A model generated the notes under the pieces. That model searched no databases. It was given only the letters and a program-made list of their open reading frames with translations, and was not told where the DNA came from. Positions 39,095 through 49,232 of a stretch of 64,000 nt of DNA are shown here, piece by piece. A program made the translations under genes and the position numbers. This stretch comes from an uncultured Planctomycetia bacterium (lineage in GTDB: Bacteria > Omnitrophota > Gorgyraeia > 1-14-0-20-64-10). The DNA is taken from contig CAZQXN010000009.1 of assembly GCA_964597545.1 (NCBI GenBank), forward strand, positions 16-64,015, given 5' to 3'. The first letter of the stretch is position 1. Each line of letters begins with the position of its first letter.

Positions 39095-40042
39095 ATGTCT
39101 ACCTCTGATGCTTCCCTTGCTGCTCTGATTAAGCTGTTGGCAGACGACCACACAGAAGTGGTCGAAGCGGCCCGAGCCAAATTGGTTGAGCTGGGTGGGC
39201 GCGCGGTGCCTGTTTTGCAGGAGGCCGCTGACCGCCATACCGATCACAAGGTCCGCATTGAGGCGCGGGGTGTTTTGGAACGTATTCGTCTCGCGAATAT
39301 GCGCGATGAATGGCAGCAGGTCGCCGACGTGGCCGATAAGCGTTTGAATCTGGAGGAGGGCGTCTTCCTCATGGCGCGAGTCTCTTATCCGGATTTGGAT
39401 CCCAAGGTTTATCAGCAGCAGTTGGATGAACTGGCCAAACGGATTCGACCGAAGCTTAAATCCCTCTCCAGTTTCCCCGGCCGACTGCGTGCTGTCAGCC
39501 GCTTCCTCTTTCGAGAACAAGGGTTCAAGGGCGACTGGAACGACTACTTCAACCCCCAGAACAGCTACCTTAACTGTGTGCTGGATCGAAAACTCGGCAT
39601 CCCCATCTCCCTTTCGGTGCTGTATATGCTCTTGGCCTGGCGCCTGAAGATTCCGGTCCAAGGCGTTGGGATTCCCGGTCACTTCATGGTGAAGTACCAG
39701 GATGCCAAAACCGAGCTGTATGTCGATACCTTCAATGAGGGCCGCTTCCTGAGCCGCCCGGAATGCATCCAGTTCATCGTCGAGGCAGGCTACCCGTATC
39801 AGCGGGAGTTTTTGGAGGGGGTCACCCCTCGAGAGATCCTGGGCCGGATGCTCCGCAATCTCATCCTCATCTATGTTGAGCGGCGGGAAGAGATCCTCGG
39901 CCGGACCCTCACGCGATTCTTGGATGTCCTCTACCCCGGAGAGGGGGCTGTGGCCATATCTGAATTGCCGACGTCCGAAGATGAGCCCGAGGCAGAAGAT
40001 CCGCAAGCCGATGATCCAGAGACGGGTGAGCCTGAACCGTGA
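39095..40042 (+). CDS. SirB1 / transglutaminase-like core protein with N-terminal HEAT-like helix
   Basis: F.GD..DY..P.NSYLN.VLDRK.GIPISLS, GVGIPGHF, ILGRMLRNL. Confidence 0.85.
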   Translation: MSTSDASLAALIKLLADDHTEVVEAARAKLVELGGRAVPVLQEAADRHTDHKVRIEARGVLERIRLANMRDEWQQVADVADKRLNLEEGVFLMARVSYPDLDPKVYQQQLDELAKRIRPKLKSLSSFPGRLRAVSRFLFREQGFKGDWNDYFNPQNSYLNCVLDRKLGIPISLSVLYMLLAWRLKIPVQGVGIPGHFMVKYQDAKTELYVDTFNEGRFLSRPECIQFIVEAGYPYQREFLEGVTPREILGRMLRNLILIYVERREEILGRTLTRFLDVLYPGEGAVAISELPTSEDEPEAEDPQADDPETGEPEP

Positions 40043-40869
40043 AGATCCGCATTGGGCATAGCCCCGATCCGGACGATGCCTTCCTCTTTTATGCCCTAAG
40101 CCAACACAAGCTCTCTACTCCAGAGTTTACCTTTACTCACCTGCTGGAGGGGATAGAGGGGTTAAACCAGCGAGCCCTTCAGGGTGAACTGGAGATGACC
40201 GCCATCTCTCTGCACGCCTATGCCTACTGTGCTGACCGGTATCTGCTGATGTCTGCCGGTGCCAGCATGGGTGAAGGCTATGGGCCGGTCGTGGTGACGC
40301 ATGATTCTTTGTCCCGAAAGGACTTAAACAAAGTGCTGCTGGCCATACCAGGAGAGATGACAACGGCCCGGCTCCTGACGCAGTTGGCAGTGGGCCCCTG
40401 TAGCTTTCAGGTGATGCCCTTTGACCAGATCCTCCCGGCTGTTTTGGCCCAGCGCATTCCGGCGGGCGTGTTAATCCATGAGGGTCAACTGACCTACGCT
40501 GAGCAGGGGCTTAAAAAGGTTCTGGATTTGGGCGCCTGGTGGCAGGAAAGGACGGGATTACCGGTTCCCCTAGGAGTCAACGTCCTGCGGCGCGATTTGG
40601 GCCCTGAGCGGTGTAAGCGCCTCGCCGGCATCTTTCAAGAGAGCTTGAATTATTCTCTCAACCACCGGCAGGAGGCGCTTCAATATGCCCAGCAATTTGC
40701 CCGGGGGTTACAGCCTGCACTCACAGATCGATTTGTCGGGATGTACGTTAATGCTCTAAGCCTCGATTGCAGACCGCGGGGTGCTGAGGCCATGCGGCGG
40801 TTGTTGGATTGGGCAGCCCAGATGCACATTACACCGGGCAAGGTTCCTTTGGAGTTCGTTGGTGGCTGA
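40039..40869 (+). CDS. mqnD: 1,4-dihydroxy-6-naphthoate synthase (futalosine menaquinone pathway)
   Basis: GHSPDPDDAF, GEGYGP, IHEGQLTY, PLG, FVGMYVN. Confidence 0.88.
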   Translation: MKIRIGHSPDPDDAFLFYALSQHKLSTPEFTFTHLLEGIEGLNQRALQGELEMTAISLHAYAYCADRYLLMSAGASMGEGYGPVVVTHDSLSRKDLNKVLLAIPGEMTTARLLTQLAVGPCSFQVMPFDQILPAVLAQRIPAGVLIHEGQLTYAEQGLKKVLDLGAWWQERTGLPVPLGVNVLRRDLGPERCKRLAGIFQESLNYSLNHRQEALQYAQQFARGLQPALTDRFVGMYVNALSLDCRPRGAEAMRRLLDWAAQMHITPGKVPLEFVGG

Positions 40870-41680
40870 CCCGCGGGCCTTAGCGGTTGCAGTCAAGGCT
40901 GCTCAGGCAGCCGGCCGAGTCCTCATGAAGCATCTGGGTAAACTCAAATCCTCTCAGGTCAGGCGAAAGGGGGGTTCTGACTGGGTCACGGCTGTGGATC
41001 ATGCCTCTGAGGAGGCGATCATCAAGATCATCCGCAGGGCCTTTCCGGATCATGCGATTGTGGCCGAGGAGTCCTCCCCTGGGGGGAGCCGGCGTCCCAC
41101 CCAATGGTTGATCGATCCGCTTGACGGGACAGTGAACTATCTGCACAGCTTCCCGGTCTTTGCGGTCTCGGTGGCTCTGGTAGAGCGCGGGCAACTTGCG
41201 GTTGGGGTCATTTTCGATCCGCTGCGCAAGGAGCTCTTCACCGCCCAGCGCGGCAAGGGGGCCTGGCTCAACGGTAAGTGCATCCGCGTCTCTTCGATGC
41301 GGCGCTTTGAGGATGCGCTTTTGTGCACCGGTTTTCCGTTTAGAAGGCGCAAGCAGTTTGACCTGTATTTGGAGTCCTTTCGGAAGATTCTGCATCGAAC
41401 AGGATGGGTCCGTCGGCCCGGGTCAGCGGCCATTGATCTGGCCTATGCCGCCTGCGGTCGAGCCGACGGTTTCTGGGAGATGGGGCTCAACCCCTGGGAT
41501 GTGGCGGCAGGGGTGCTGCTGATCCAGGAGGCCGGGGGGCGGGTGACTGATTTCTTTGGGGGCAAGGATTACTTGTGGGGCGGATCGATTGTGGCGGGTA
41601 ATGCCACCTTACACCGGAAGCTGTTACGGGTGCTGGCCCCCATCTTCCGAGGACAACGATTGCGCTCGTCATCAGACTGA
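40862..41680 (+). CDS. suhB: Inositol monophosphatase family protein
   Basis: AEES, IDPLDGTVNY, GSAAIDLAYAACGR, PWDVAAG; GTG at 40862. Confidence 0.9.
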   Translation: MADPRALAVAVKAAQAAGRVLMKHLGKLKSSQVRRKGGSDWVTAVDHASEEAIIKIIRRAFPDHAIVAEESSPGGSRRPTQWLIDPLDGTVNYLHSFPVFAVSVALVERGQLAVGVIFDPLRKELFTAQRGKGAWLNGKCIRVSSMRRFEDALLCTGFPFRRRKQFDLYLESFRKILHRTGWVRRPGSAAIDLAYAACGRADGFWEMGLNPWDVAAGVLLIQEAGGRVTDFFGGKDYLWGGSIVAGNATLHRKLLRVLAPIFRGQRLRSSSD

Positions 41681-41742
41681 AGCGTGATATCATGAAAACC
41701 AACTTGTCAGCACAGCACGGATTGCGCGTCAGGAGGTCAAAA

Positions 41743-42210
41743 ATGTTTTGGTTCTGGTTCTTCGGGTTTCTGCTCATCCCATCGGTCGCGTATGCTCACT
41801 GCGATATCCCCTGTGGGCTGTACAGCCCGGAGGCGCTACTTATGGCTGCCAAGACAGTCTGGACCATGGTGACGAAGATCAAGGCGCTTAAACACCCGGG
41901 AGCCGGCGCACCTCAAGGGGAGGTGGATGACTTTGAGAATGCGGTCAGCCGCATGGTGGCCGTCAAAGAGGAGCATGCCCAGATCGCAAAAAAGGAACTT
42001 CTCATCCTCTGGACAGATTACTTCAAGCCGGAGCACCTCAAGCGCTTTCCCAAGCTGCATGAAATCTTCTGGAATGCGGCAAAGCTCTGCTCCAAGAACA
42101 AGCAGAACATTGACGTCAAGGCGGCCGAAGATCTGCGCAAGGCAGCGGATGAAATCGCCGGTATCTTTAACCAGGCCGAGGAGGCCAAGAAGGCAGCTGC
42201 CGCAGCCTAG
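41743..42210 (+). CDS. sodN: Nickel superoxide dismutase precursor
   Basis: Nickel hook HCDIPCGLY, KEEHA, ILWTDYFK; AGGAGG before ATG 41743. Confidence 0.93.
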   Translation: MFWFWFFGFLLIPSVAYAHCDIPCGLYSPEALLMAAKTVWTMVTKIKALKHPGAGAPQGEVDDFENAVSRMVAVKEEHAQIAKKELLILWTDYFKPEHLKRFPKLHEIFWNAAKLCSKNKQNIDVKAAEDLRKAADEIAGIFNQAEEAKKAAAAA

Positions 42211-42234
42211 CGGCGACTTACCCGGACATCGATT

Positions 42235-43173
42235 GTGGGAACACAAGAAAACGTTATTATCTTAGGATCCGGCTGCGCCGGCTTGACCGCGGCGGTCTAT
42301 GCGGCGCGTGCCGATCTAAAACCCTTGCTGGTGGAGGGCGCTCAGCCCGGCGGGCAGCTGACACTGACCACCGAGGTGGAGAATTACCCTGGTTTTCCTG
42401 AGGGGGTTGGGGGCCAGGAGCTGACCGAGCGAATGAAGAAACAGGCTGAGCGTTTTGGGACGCGGTTTCTCTCCGGCGCGGCCTCCAAGGTGGACGTGAC
42501 GCGCCCCCCCTTTACCGTTGAGGTGGAGGGGGAGGCCTTCCAGTGCAAAACCTTAATTGTTGCCACCGGCGCGACGGCCCGATGGCTGGACCTGGATTCT
42601 GAGCGGGCGCTATTGGGCCATGGAGTTTCGGCCTGTGCGACCTGTGACGGTTTTTTCTTTCGCGGTAAAGAGGTTTTGGTGGTCGGCGGTGGCGATACCG
42701 CCATGGAGGAAGCCCTCTTTCTAACCAAGTTTGCCAGCAAGGTAACGGTAGCCCACCGACGGGATGCGCTTCGCGCCTCCAAGATTATGCAAGAGCGTGC
42801 CAAGGCCAACCCCAAGATTCATTGGGCTTGGAATTCGGTGGTAACCGAGGTCCGGGATCCCAAGCAGAAGAAGGTGACGGGGGTCACCCTTAAGGATGTC
42901 AAGACCGGGCAAACCCGTCCCTTTGCTTGCGAAGGGGTCTTCGTGGCCATTGGGCATGAGCCCAACACACAGCTACTCAAAGAGCAGGTGGAGTTGGATG
43001 AGAAGGGTTACTTGGTGCTTAAGCGTGGCACCCAAACATCGGTCCCAGGTATTTTCGGCTGTGGCGATGTGCATGATCTTGGATACAAGCAGGCGGTCAC
43101 TGCCGCAGGATGGGGGTGTATGGCAGCCATAGATTGTGTGCGTTTCTTAGAGGTACAAGAGAGCGGGGGTTAA
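42235..43173 (+). CDS. trxB: Thioredoxin reductase
   Basis: GGQLTLTTEVENYPG, CATCDG, GGGDTAMEEA, QAVTAAG. Confidence 0.96.
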   Translation: MGTQENVIILGSGCAGLTAAVYAARADLKPLLVEGAQPGGQLTLTTEVENYPGFPEGVGGQELTERMKKQAERFGTRFLSGAASKVDVTRPPFTVEVEGEAFQCKTLIVATGATARWLDLDSERALLGHGVSACATCDGFFFRGKEVLVVGGGDTAMEEALFLTKFASKVTVAHRRDALRASKIMQERAKANPKIHWAWNSVVTEVRDPKQKKVTGVTLKDVKTGQTRPFACEGVFVAIGHEPNTQLLKEQVELDEKGYLVLKRGTQTSVPGIFGCGDVHDLGYKQAVTAAGWGCMAAIDCVRFLEVQESGG

Positions 43174-43182
43174 GCGCAAGCC

Positions 43183-43953
43183 ATGTCGATTCGAGACGAT
43201 CTTTTTGACCTGACAGATAAGGTAGCGTTGGTGACCGGTGCTTCCCGGGGATTGGGCCAGGCCATGGCATTGGCGTTGGCGCAGAATGGGTGCCATGTGG
43301 CGATTAATGCGCGGGAAGGGAAGTCCCTGGGTAAGACGGCGCAGCAGATCGAAGCCCTTGGACGACGAGTCCTGGTGGTGGCCGGGGATGTCAGCGATGA
43401 AGACTTCACCAAGAAGATGGTTGACGAAGCTGCCAAGGTTTTTGGCCGCATCGACATCTTGGTCAACAATGCAGGGATTTGGGAAGGGACCTATTTCTTT
43501 CGCTTAAAGAAGAGCGATTGGGACAATGTGATTCGCGTCAACATGACCGGAGCCTTCTTGGTGGCCAAGGCGGTTTCACGCGTCATGATGAAGCAGCGCT
43601 CCGGTAAGATCATCAATGTGAGTTCCGTTTCGGGATTTCGCGGTTCTCCCGAAGCTCTGGCCTATTGCGCAACCAAAGGTGCCTTGATCCAGATGACCCG
43701 GGTCATGGCCATTGAGATGGGACCGGTCAACGTGCAGGTCAATGCCGTTGCTCCCGGGATGTTTGATACCGACATGACCAAGGAGTACATCGAGGACAAG
43801 GCGGCCATTGAGCCCTACCTCGCGCGCGTCCCTTCCAAGCGTTATGGCCAACCTAAGGAGTTGGCGGGATTGGTGATCTTCTTGGCCTCCAAGGCATCTG
43901 ACCATATGACCGGGCAGATCATTGCCTTAGATGGGGGGGCGTCTCTTGTTTGA
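43183..43953 (+). CDS. Short-chain dehydrogenase/reductase
   Basis: TGASRGLG, NNAG, YCATK. Confidence 0.9.
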   Translation: MSIRDDLFDLTDKVALVTGASRGLGQAMALALAQNGCHVAINAREGKSLGKTAQQIEALGRRVLVVAGDVSDEDFTKKMVDEAAKVFGRIDILVNNAGIWEGTYFFRLKKSDWDNVIRVNMTGAFLVAKAVSRVMMKQRSGKIINVSSVSGFRGSPEALAYCATKGALIQMTRVMAIEMGPVNVQVNAVAPGMFDTDMTKEYIEDKAAIEPYLARVPSKRYGQPKELAGLVIFLASKASDHMTGQIIALDGGASLV

Positions 43954-44005
43954 TCAATTCACATCGGGCCTGAGGACCCGGGTGGGGAAAAGCTAAGGAG
44001 GAGTC

Positions 44006-44521
44006 ATGGCAGTCGGCAAGAAGGTGTTGATGGTCATTGCATCCAGTCAGTTTCGGGATGAAGAGTACCAGAAACCCCGCACCCTCCTAGAGGCGGCAGG
44101 GGTTGAAGTCACTGTTGCCTCTTCCAGTTTGAGCGAGTCGGTTGGGATGTTGGGTCTCAAGGTAACCCCCGATGTCCTGCTCCAGGATGTCAAGATGGAG
44201 GCGTACGATGCCCTGTTGTTGGTTGGGGGCATGGGTTCTACTGAATATTGGGAGAGCGCCGAAGCGCATGCCTTGGCTCGTTCCGCCTTTGGAGCCAACA
44301 AACCCACGGCAGCGATCTGTTTGGCCCCTATGACATTGGCCAATGCCGGACTCTTGAAGGGCAAGAAGGCCACGATTTGGCAGGATGCAGCAGGCGAGTT
44401 CAAGGCCAAGGGAGTCCATTACACCAGTCAGGATGTGGTTCGGGATGGCCTGGTTATTACCGGATCCGGACCTGATGCGGCCGAAGCATTCGGACGGGCT
44501 TTGGTTGAAGCCCTCTCATAG
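44006..44521 (+). CDS. DJ-1/PfpI family protein
   Basis: FRDEEY, VGG.G, AAICLAP, LLKGKKAT. Confidence 0.9.
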   Translation: MAVGKKVLMVIASSQFRDEEYQKPRTLLEAAGVEVTVASSSLSESVGMLGLKVTPDVLLQDVKMEAYDALLLVGGMGSTEYWESAEAHALARSAFGANKPTAAICLAPMTLANAGLLKGKKATIWQDAAGEFKAKGVHYTSQDVVRDGLVITGSGPDAAEAFGRALVEALS

Positions 44522-44530
44522 GGGCGGTCG

Positions 44531-46102
44531 GTGATGCGGATGCTCAAGCGTTGGGCTGCTGCTTGCTGCTTAAGTCTTGCGGCGGTTGCCGCAGCCGCAG
44601 GATCGGTCGAGTGGAGCGCTTTGGATGATCGTGTTGTCCAGCATTATCAGGCTGGCCGCTATGCCGAGGCAGCCCAGCTTGCGGAAAAGACCCTTGTCAT
44701 TTCCGAAAAAGCTTTTGGCTCAGACCATCCCAACGTAGCCGTTTCCCTCAACCGACTGGCCTCTGTGTATCGGGCGCAGGGAAGGTACAAGAGCGCCCTG
44801 CCTCTTTTTGAGAGGAGCTTGAGTATCTACCGCGCTCGCTTTGGCGATCCCCATCCGCACGTTGCCGCAACCCTCAACCACTTGGCCTCGCTCTACCGCG
44901 CTCAAGGCAGCTATGTCCAAGCCGAGGCTTTTTCTCAACAGGCTGTTGAGCAGTACGAGACCCTCTTTGGCAAGGAGCATCCTGAGATTGCCTCCTCCTT
45001 GAACAACCTGGCCGAGCTGTATCGGATGCAGGGTCACTATGACAAGGCAGAACCTCTCTACGAGCGTTCCCGCGTTATGGTTGAAGCCCTTTACCCATCG
45101 GCGCATCCCCATGTTACGACTGCCCTCAACAACCTGGCCGAGTTGTATCGATCCCAGGGCCGGTATCCAGAAGCCGAGAAGTTTCTCCGGGAAGCGCAGA
45201 AGAGGGTCCAGGCCGGCTTAGGAGAGAAACATCCTGTGCTGGCGACCGTTTTAAACAACTTAGGGTTGCTGCGTAAAGCGCAGGGCCGCACCGAGGAATC
45301 AGAACGTCTTTACCGGCAAGCTCTCGAAATTGCCGAAAAAAACCTTGGCGCCGAACACCCTCAATTGGCCAACTACCTGAATAACCTGGGCGAGCTGTAT
45401 CGATCTGAAGCCCGCTATGCCGAAGCCAAAAAGAGCCATCAGCGCTCCCTGGCCATCCGGGAAAAAACTTATGGTAAGGATTACCTCCCGGTGGCCACGG
45501 CACTGCATAACTTAGCCGAGCTTGCCCGAGTGCAGGGTCAGCACAAGCAGGCTAAGGCATTGTTCAGCCGGGCCCTGAAGATTCGGGAGAAGGGTTTAGG
45601 GTCAGATCATCCCGACATTGCTTTCACCCTCAATGGTTTGGCCAGTGTTCATTACGCCATGGGGCAATATGACCGTTCTGAAGTGCTCTATGAGCGCGCT
45701 TTGTCTATCTTAGAGCAGCGCTTGGGTGCGGCCCATCCCGAGATTGCCACTTCGCTCAATAACCTCGCCGGACTCCATCAAACGCGGGCCAGGTACAAGG
45801 AAGCAGAACAGCTCTACCGCCGGGCCATTGAGATTCTCCGGCATGCTTCCGGGACAGAGGCTTCACTCCTGGCCACCTCCCTGAATAACCTCGCTATCCT
45901 TTACCGTATTCAGGGGCGCTTTGCAAAGGCAGAGCCCCTTTACCGGCAGGCCATTGATTTGTTGGAGAAGGCGTTAGGGCCCAAGCACCCGGATGTGGCA
46001 GCAGTGCTGGAGAATTACGCTGTTTTCTTGGATGAGATGGCTCGACCGATCGAAGCGCAGAAGATGCGCGAGCGGGCACGCGGGGTCCAGCCAGCTTCTT
46101 GA
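44531..46102 (+). CDS. Exported tetratricopeptide repeat protein (42-aa kinesin-light-chain type repeats)
   Basis: About 11 repeats of HP.VA.SLNNLA.LY..QG.Y..AE.LY.RAL; signal-peptide-like N-terminus. Confidence 0.9.
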   Translation: MMRMLKRWAAACCLSLAAVAAAAGSVEWSALDDRVVQHYQAGRYAEAAQLAEKTLVISEKAFGSDHPNVAVSLNRLASVYRAQGRYKSALPLFERSLSIYRARFGDPHPHVAATLNHLASLYRAQGSYVQAEAFSQQAVEQYETLFGKEHPEIASSLNNLAELYRMQGHYDKAEPLYERSRVMVEALYPSAHPHVTTALNNLAELYRSQGRYPEAEKFLREAQKRVQAGLGEKHPVLATVLNNLGLLRKAQGRTEESERLYRQALEIAEKNLGAEHPQLANYLNNLGELYRSEARYAEAKKSHQRSLAIREKTYGKDYLPVATALHNLAELARVQGQHKQAKALFSRALKIREKGLGSDHPDIAFTLNGLASVHYAMGQYDRSEVLYERALSILEQRLGAAHPEIATSLNNLAGLHQTRARYKEAEQLYRRAIEILRHASGTEASLLATSLNNLAILYRIQGRFAKAEPLYRQAIDLLEKALGPKHPDVAAVLENYAVFLDEMARPIEAQKMRERARGVQPAS

Positions 46103-46115
46103 AAAGGGTGGTGTT

Positions 46116-47015
46116 TTAAGATTTTCGCAGAAGGGATTGCAGTGCTTCTGCCAGATTCGGATGGCGGAAGGTAAACCCTGAGCTTTCAAGTTTTCTGGGG
46201 CAAGCACGAGTGCTGGCCAGCAAGGTTTCATCCGCCATCTCCCCGAGCATGAGACGAAGGAGATAGGCGGATGTGGAAAGTACGGCTGGGCGCCGCAGCG
46301 CAGCTCCCAATTGGCGGGTGAATTCTCGGTTGGTCACCGACTGCGGGGCAACGACATTGACGGGCCCTGAAAGCGTTTGGGTTTCCAAGGCGTAGAGGAT
46401 TGCCCTGACCGCATCTTCCAAAGTAATCCAACTGACGTATTGCTGGCCGCTGCCCAGCGGACCTCCCAACCCCAGCCGAAACAAAGGCAGCATTTTGGAC
46501 AAGGCCCCTCCGGTTGGATGCAGGACAAGGCCAAAGCGCAGATGAACCACGCGGCTTCCCATCTGCAGGATCGGCTCGGCCGCTTGTTCCCAGCGCCGCC
46601 CCATCTCAGCCAAGAAGCCATCACCTGAGGCGCTCTCTTCCATCAGCGGTTCGCCGGCGCGGTCGCCGTAGTAGCCGATGGCCGAGGCGCACAAGAATGT
46701 TTTAGGGGGGGAGGCCAATTGCGCAAGGGCCTCAGCCAGCAGGCGCGTTCCTTGGACGCGGCTTGAGCGAATCAAGGATTTGTTTTTTGTTGTCCAGCGC
46801 CCTGAAGCAATCGGTTTTCCTGCCAGGTGGATGACTTGATCGATCCCCTCAAGGGCTGTGAATTCAAGTTGGCGCTTCATGGGATCCCAAAAAACCTGAT
46901 CGGGCGACCGAGAACCCTTTCGGGTAAGGCGCAGGAGTTGGTGACCCTTCTTGCGTAAGACCTGCAGTAGGGCAGAGCCGATAAAGCCGGAGGAGCCGGT
47001 AACCAGGATTTTCAT
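46116..47015 (-). CDS. TIGR01777 / YfcH-like NAD-dependent epimerase family protein
   Basis: TGSSGFIG, SRVQGT, SAIGYYG, GGPLGSGQQYVSWI. Confidence 0.9.
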   Translation of the reverse strand: MKILVTGSSGFIGSALLQVLRKKGHQLLRLTRKGSRSPDQVFWDPMKRQLEFTALEGIDQVIHLAGKPIASGRWTTKNKSLIRSSRVQGTRLLAEALAQLASPPKTFLCASAIGYYGDRAGEPLMEESASGDGFLAEMGRRWEQAAEPILQMGSRVVHLRFGLVLHPTGGALSKMLPLFRLGLGGPLGSGQQYVSWITLEDAVRAILYALETQTLSGPVNVVAPQSVTNREFTRQLGAALRRPAVLSTSAYLLRLMLGEMADETLLASTRACPRKLESSGFTFRHPNLAEALQSLLRKS

Positions 47016-47109
47016 AGGGACGATTGTAGCAGTCGCTGAATGACCATGACAAGATGGTCATCTTGGTCCGGGAGATCTTTTTGGTAGAATAGACCAAAGG
47101 AGAACACCT

Positions 47110-48147
47110 ATGAAAGCGGTCTTTTTTCGTCAGCACGGCGGCGCTGAAGTGCTTCGATACGGGGAGCAGCCAACCCCCAAGCCGGGTCCGCATGAAGCCC
47201 TGGTGAAGGTAGAGGCCTGCGGACTCAACCACTTGGACCTTTGGATTCGACAGGGGCTTCCCGGTATTCCGGTCAAGCTGCCCCATATCGTAGGTTCCGA
47301 GATCGTTGGAAAGGTTACCAAGATCGGCTCAGAGGCCAAGGGGGTTAAGGGGATCAAGATCGGTCAACGGGTGCTGGTGGCTCCTGGGATCCATTGCGGA
47401 AGCTGCCCCAACTGCCGCAAGGGGCGGGAATCCCTATGTCGGGAGTTTGAAGTCCTCGGCCTTCAGCGTAATGGCGGCTATGCTGAATATGCTTCGGTTC
47501 CGGCCAAGAACTTGATTCCGGTTGATTCAAAGCTCAAGCCTGAGGAGTGGGCTGCAGTCCCGCTGGTCTTCTTGACCGCTTGGCACATGCTGGTTACCCG
47601 AGGCAACCTCAAGGCCGGCGAGACAGTCCTCATTCATGCTGCGGGCTCTGGAATTGGATCGGCTGCGGTTCAGATTGCCAAATTGTCGGGCGCGACTGTT
47701 TTTGCAACGGTGGGTTCTGAGAAGAAGCTCAAGCGAGCCAAGGCCCTGGGAGCCGATTGGGTCATCAATTACAATGCCTGGGATTTTTCAGATGAGGTCC
47801 TGCAGTTGACCGAAGAGCGAGGGGTCGATCTGGTTTTCGAGCATGTGGGGCCTGCCACCTGGCGAAAGAGCGTGCGGTGTTTGGCCAAGGGAGGAAGGCT
47901 GGTCACCTGCGGCGCCACCACCGGTCCCATTGTTGAGTTGGATTTGCGTTTCTTCTTCACCAAGGAGCTCTCGGTGGCGGGCTGCTACATGGGCAGCCGT
48001 CAAGAACTGGATCAGGTGTTGGGGTTGATTTCCGAAGGGAAGTTGAAGCCGGTTTTGGACAACACATTTGCGCTCAAGGATGCAGTGCGGGCTCAGGCCA
48101 CCCTGGAGAGCCGTAACTTCTTTGGCAAGCTTGTGCTGACGGTGTAA
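47110..48147 (+). CDS. Zinc-binding alcohol dehydrogenase / quinone oxidoreductase family protein
   Basis: GLNHLD, CGSCPNC..G....C, TAWHML, AAGSGIG. Confidence 0.9.
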   Translation: MKAVFFRQHGGAEVLRYGEQPTPKPGPHEALVKVEACGLNHLDLWIRQGLPGIPVKLPHIVGSEIVGKVTKIGSEAKGVKGIKIGQRVLVAPGIHCGSCPNCRKGRESLCREFEVLGLQRNGGYAEYASVPAKNLIPVDSKLKPEEWAAVPLVFLTAWHMLVTRGNLKAGETVLIHAAGSGIGSAAVQIAKLSGATVFATVGSEKKLKRAKALGADWVINYNAWDFSDEVLQLTEERGVDLVFEHVGPATWRKSVRCLAKGGRLVTCGATTGPIVELDLRFFFTKELSVAGCYMGSRQELDQVLGLISEGKLKPVLDNTFALKDAVRAQATLESRNFFGKLVLTV

Positions 48148-49232
48148 TGGATATCCCGCTCACTCCCGAAGCTATCCTGGAGGCCCTCAGGTGCGTCGAA
48201 GACCCCGAGCTTCACCAAGACGTGGTCTCGCTGGGGATGATACAAGATCTTTCGGTGTCCCAAGGCGTTGTGCGCCTCACCCTGGTATTGACCACGCCGG
48301 CTTGTCCCCTTAAAGCCGAGATGGAGCGGCGTGTTCGCTCAGCCGTGGAGGGCCTGGCCGGCGTCTCGAAAGTGGAGCTGACCACGACAGCGCGGGTCCG
48401 CACCTCAATTCCATCGGATCGCAAGGGGCTGCCCGGGGTGCGCAATATCATTGCGGTTGCTTCGGGCAAAGGGGGTGTCGGCAAGACAACGGTCAGCGTG
48501 AATACAGCCGTGGCCCTGGCCAAGAGTGGCGCCAGGGTCGGCTTGATGGATGCCGACATCTATGGGCCGAATGTTCCTCTGATGATGGGCTTAAAGCGTT
48601 TGCCCCCCACCGAGAACCAGAAGATTATTCCGGCAGAGAACTTCGGGGTTGGGGTGGTCTCCATGGGGTTTCTTCTGGAACCCGATGACCCTGTCATATG
48701 GCGCGGCCCCATGCTCCATGGAGCGGTGAATCAATTCCTAAGAGAGGTTCGCTGGGGAGAACTGGATTATCTCCTGGTGGATCTTCCTCCCGGGACCGGT
48801 GATGTGCAGCTGTCCCTTTCGCAGCTGATCCCGCTGACCGGCGCCCTGGTGGTTACCACGCCTCAAGATGTGGCGCTGTTGGATGTGCGCAAGTCGATTG
48901 CCATGTTTGAAAAGGTTTCGGTGCCGGTCTTAGGACTCGTCGAGAACATGTCCGGTTTTGTTTGTCCTCACTGCCAGAAGTCCTCGGATCTTTTTGCGCG
49001 GGGTGGGGGCCGCTGCATGGCCGAAGCCCTGAAGATTCCGTTCCTCGGAGCCATTCCCTTGATTGGCGAGGTGCGCTTAGGCGGTGATGCCGGTTCACCC
49101 GTCGTTGTTGCCCATCCCGATACCTCTGCTGCTCAGGCCTTGGCCTTGGTGGCCCAGCGATTGGCTGCCCAGACGAGTCTTGTGGCCGCCCAGGCTGCCG
49201 CGCCGGTTGCATCGACGAAAAGAACAGAGTGA
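48147..49232 (+). CDS. mrp: Mrp/ApbC iron-sulfur cluster carrier ATPase
   Basis: [40 protein letters not shown]. Confidence 0.94.
   Translation: MDIPLTPEAILEALRCVEDPELHQDVVSLGMIQDLSVSQGVVRLTLVLTTPACPLKAEMERRVRSAVEGLAGVSKVELTTTARVRTSIPSDRKGLPGVRNIIAVASGKGGVGKTTVSVNTAVALAKSGARVGLMDADIYGPNVPLMMGLKRLPPTENQKIIPAENFGVGVVSMGFLLEPDDPVIWRGPMLHGAVNQFLREVRWGELDYLLVDLPPGTGDVQLSLSQLIPLTGALVVTTPQDVALLDVRKSIAMFEKVSVPVLGLVENMSGFVCPHCQKSSDLFARGGGRCMAEALKIPFLGAIPLIGEVRLGGDAGSPVVVAHPDTSAAQALALVAQRLAAQTSLVAAQAAAPVASTKRTE

Noticed and set aside
39047-40006. 319-aa minus-strand ORF, and similar long antisense ORFs (e.g. 23270..24082, 59016..59822, 13551..14267)
   Set aside because: Shadow frames of well-supported genes in GC-rich DNA, with no recognisable motifs.
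44531-46102. 126-bp periodicity as a novel DNA repeat or toxin array
   Set aside because: Explained by ordinary 42-aa TPR repeats; no catalytic domain attached.
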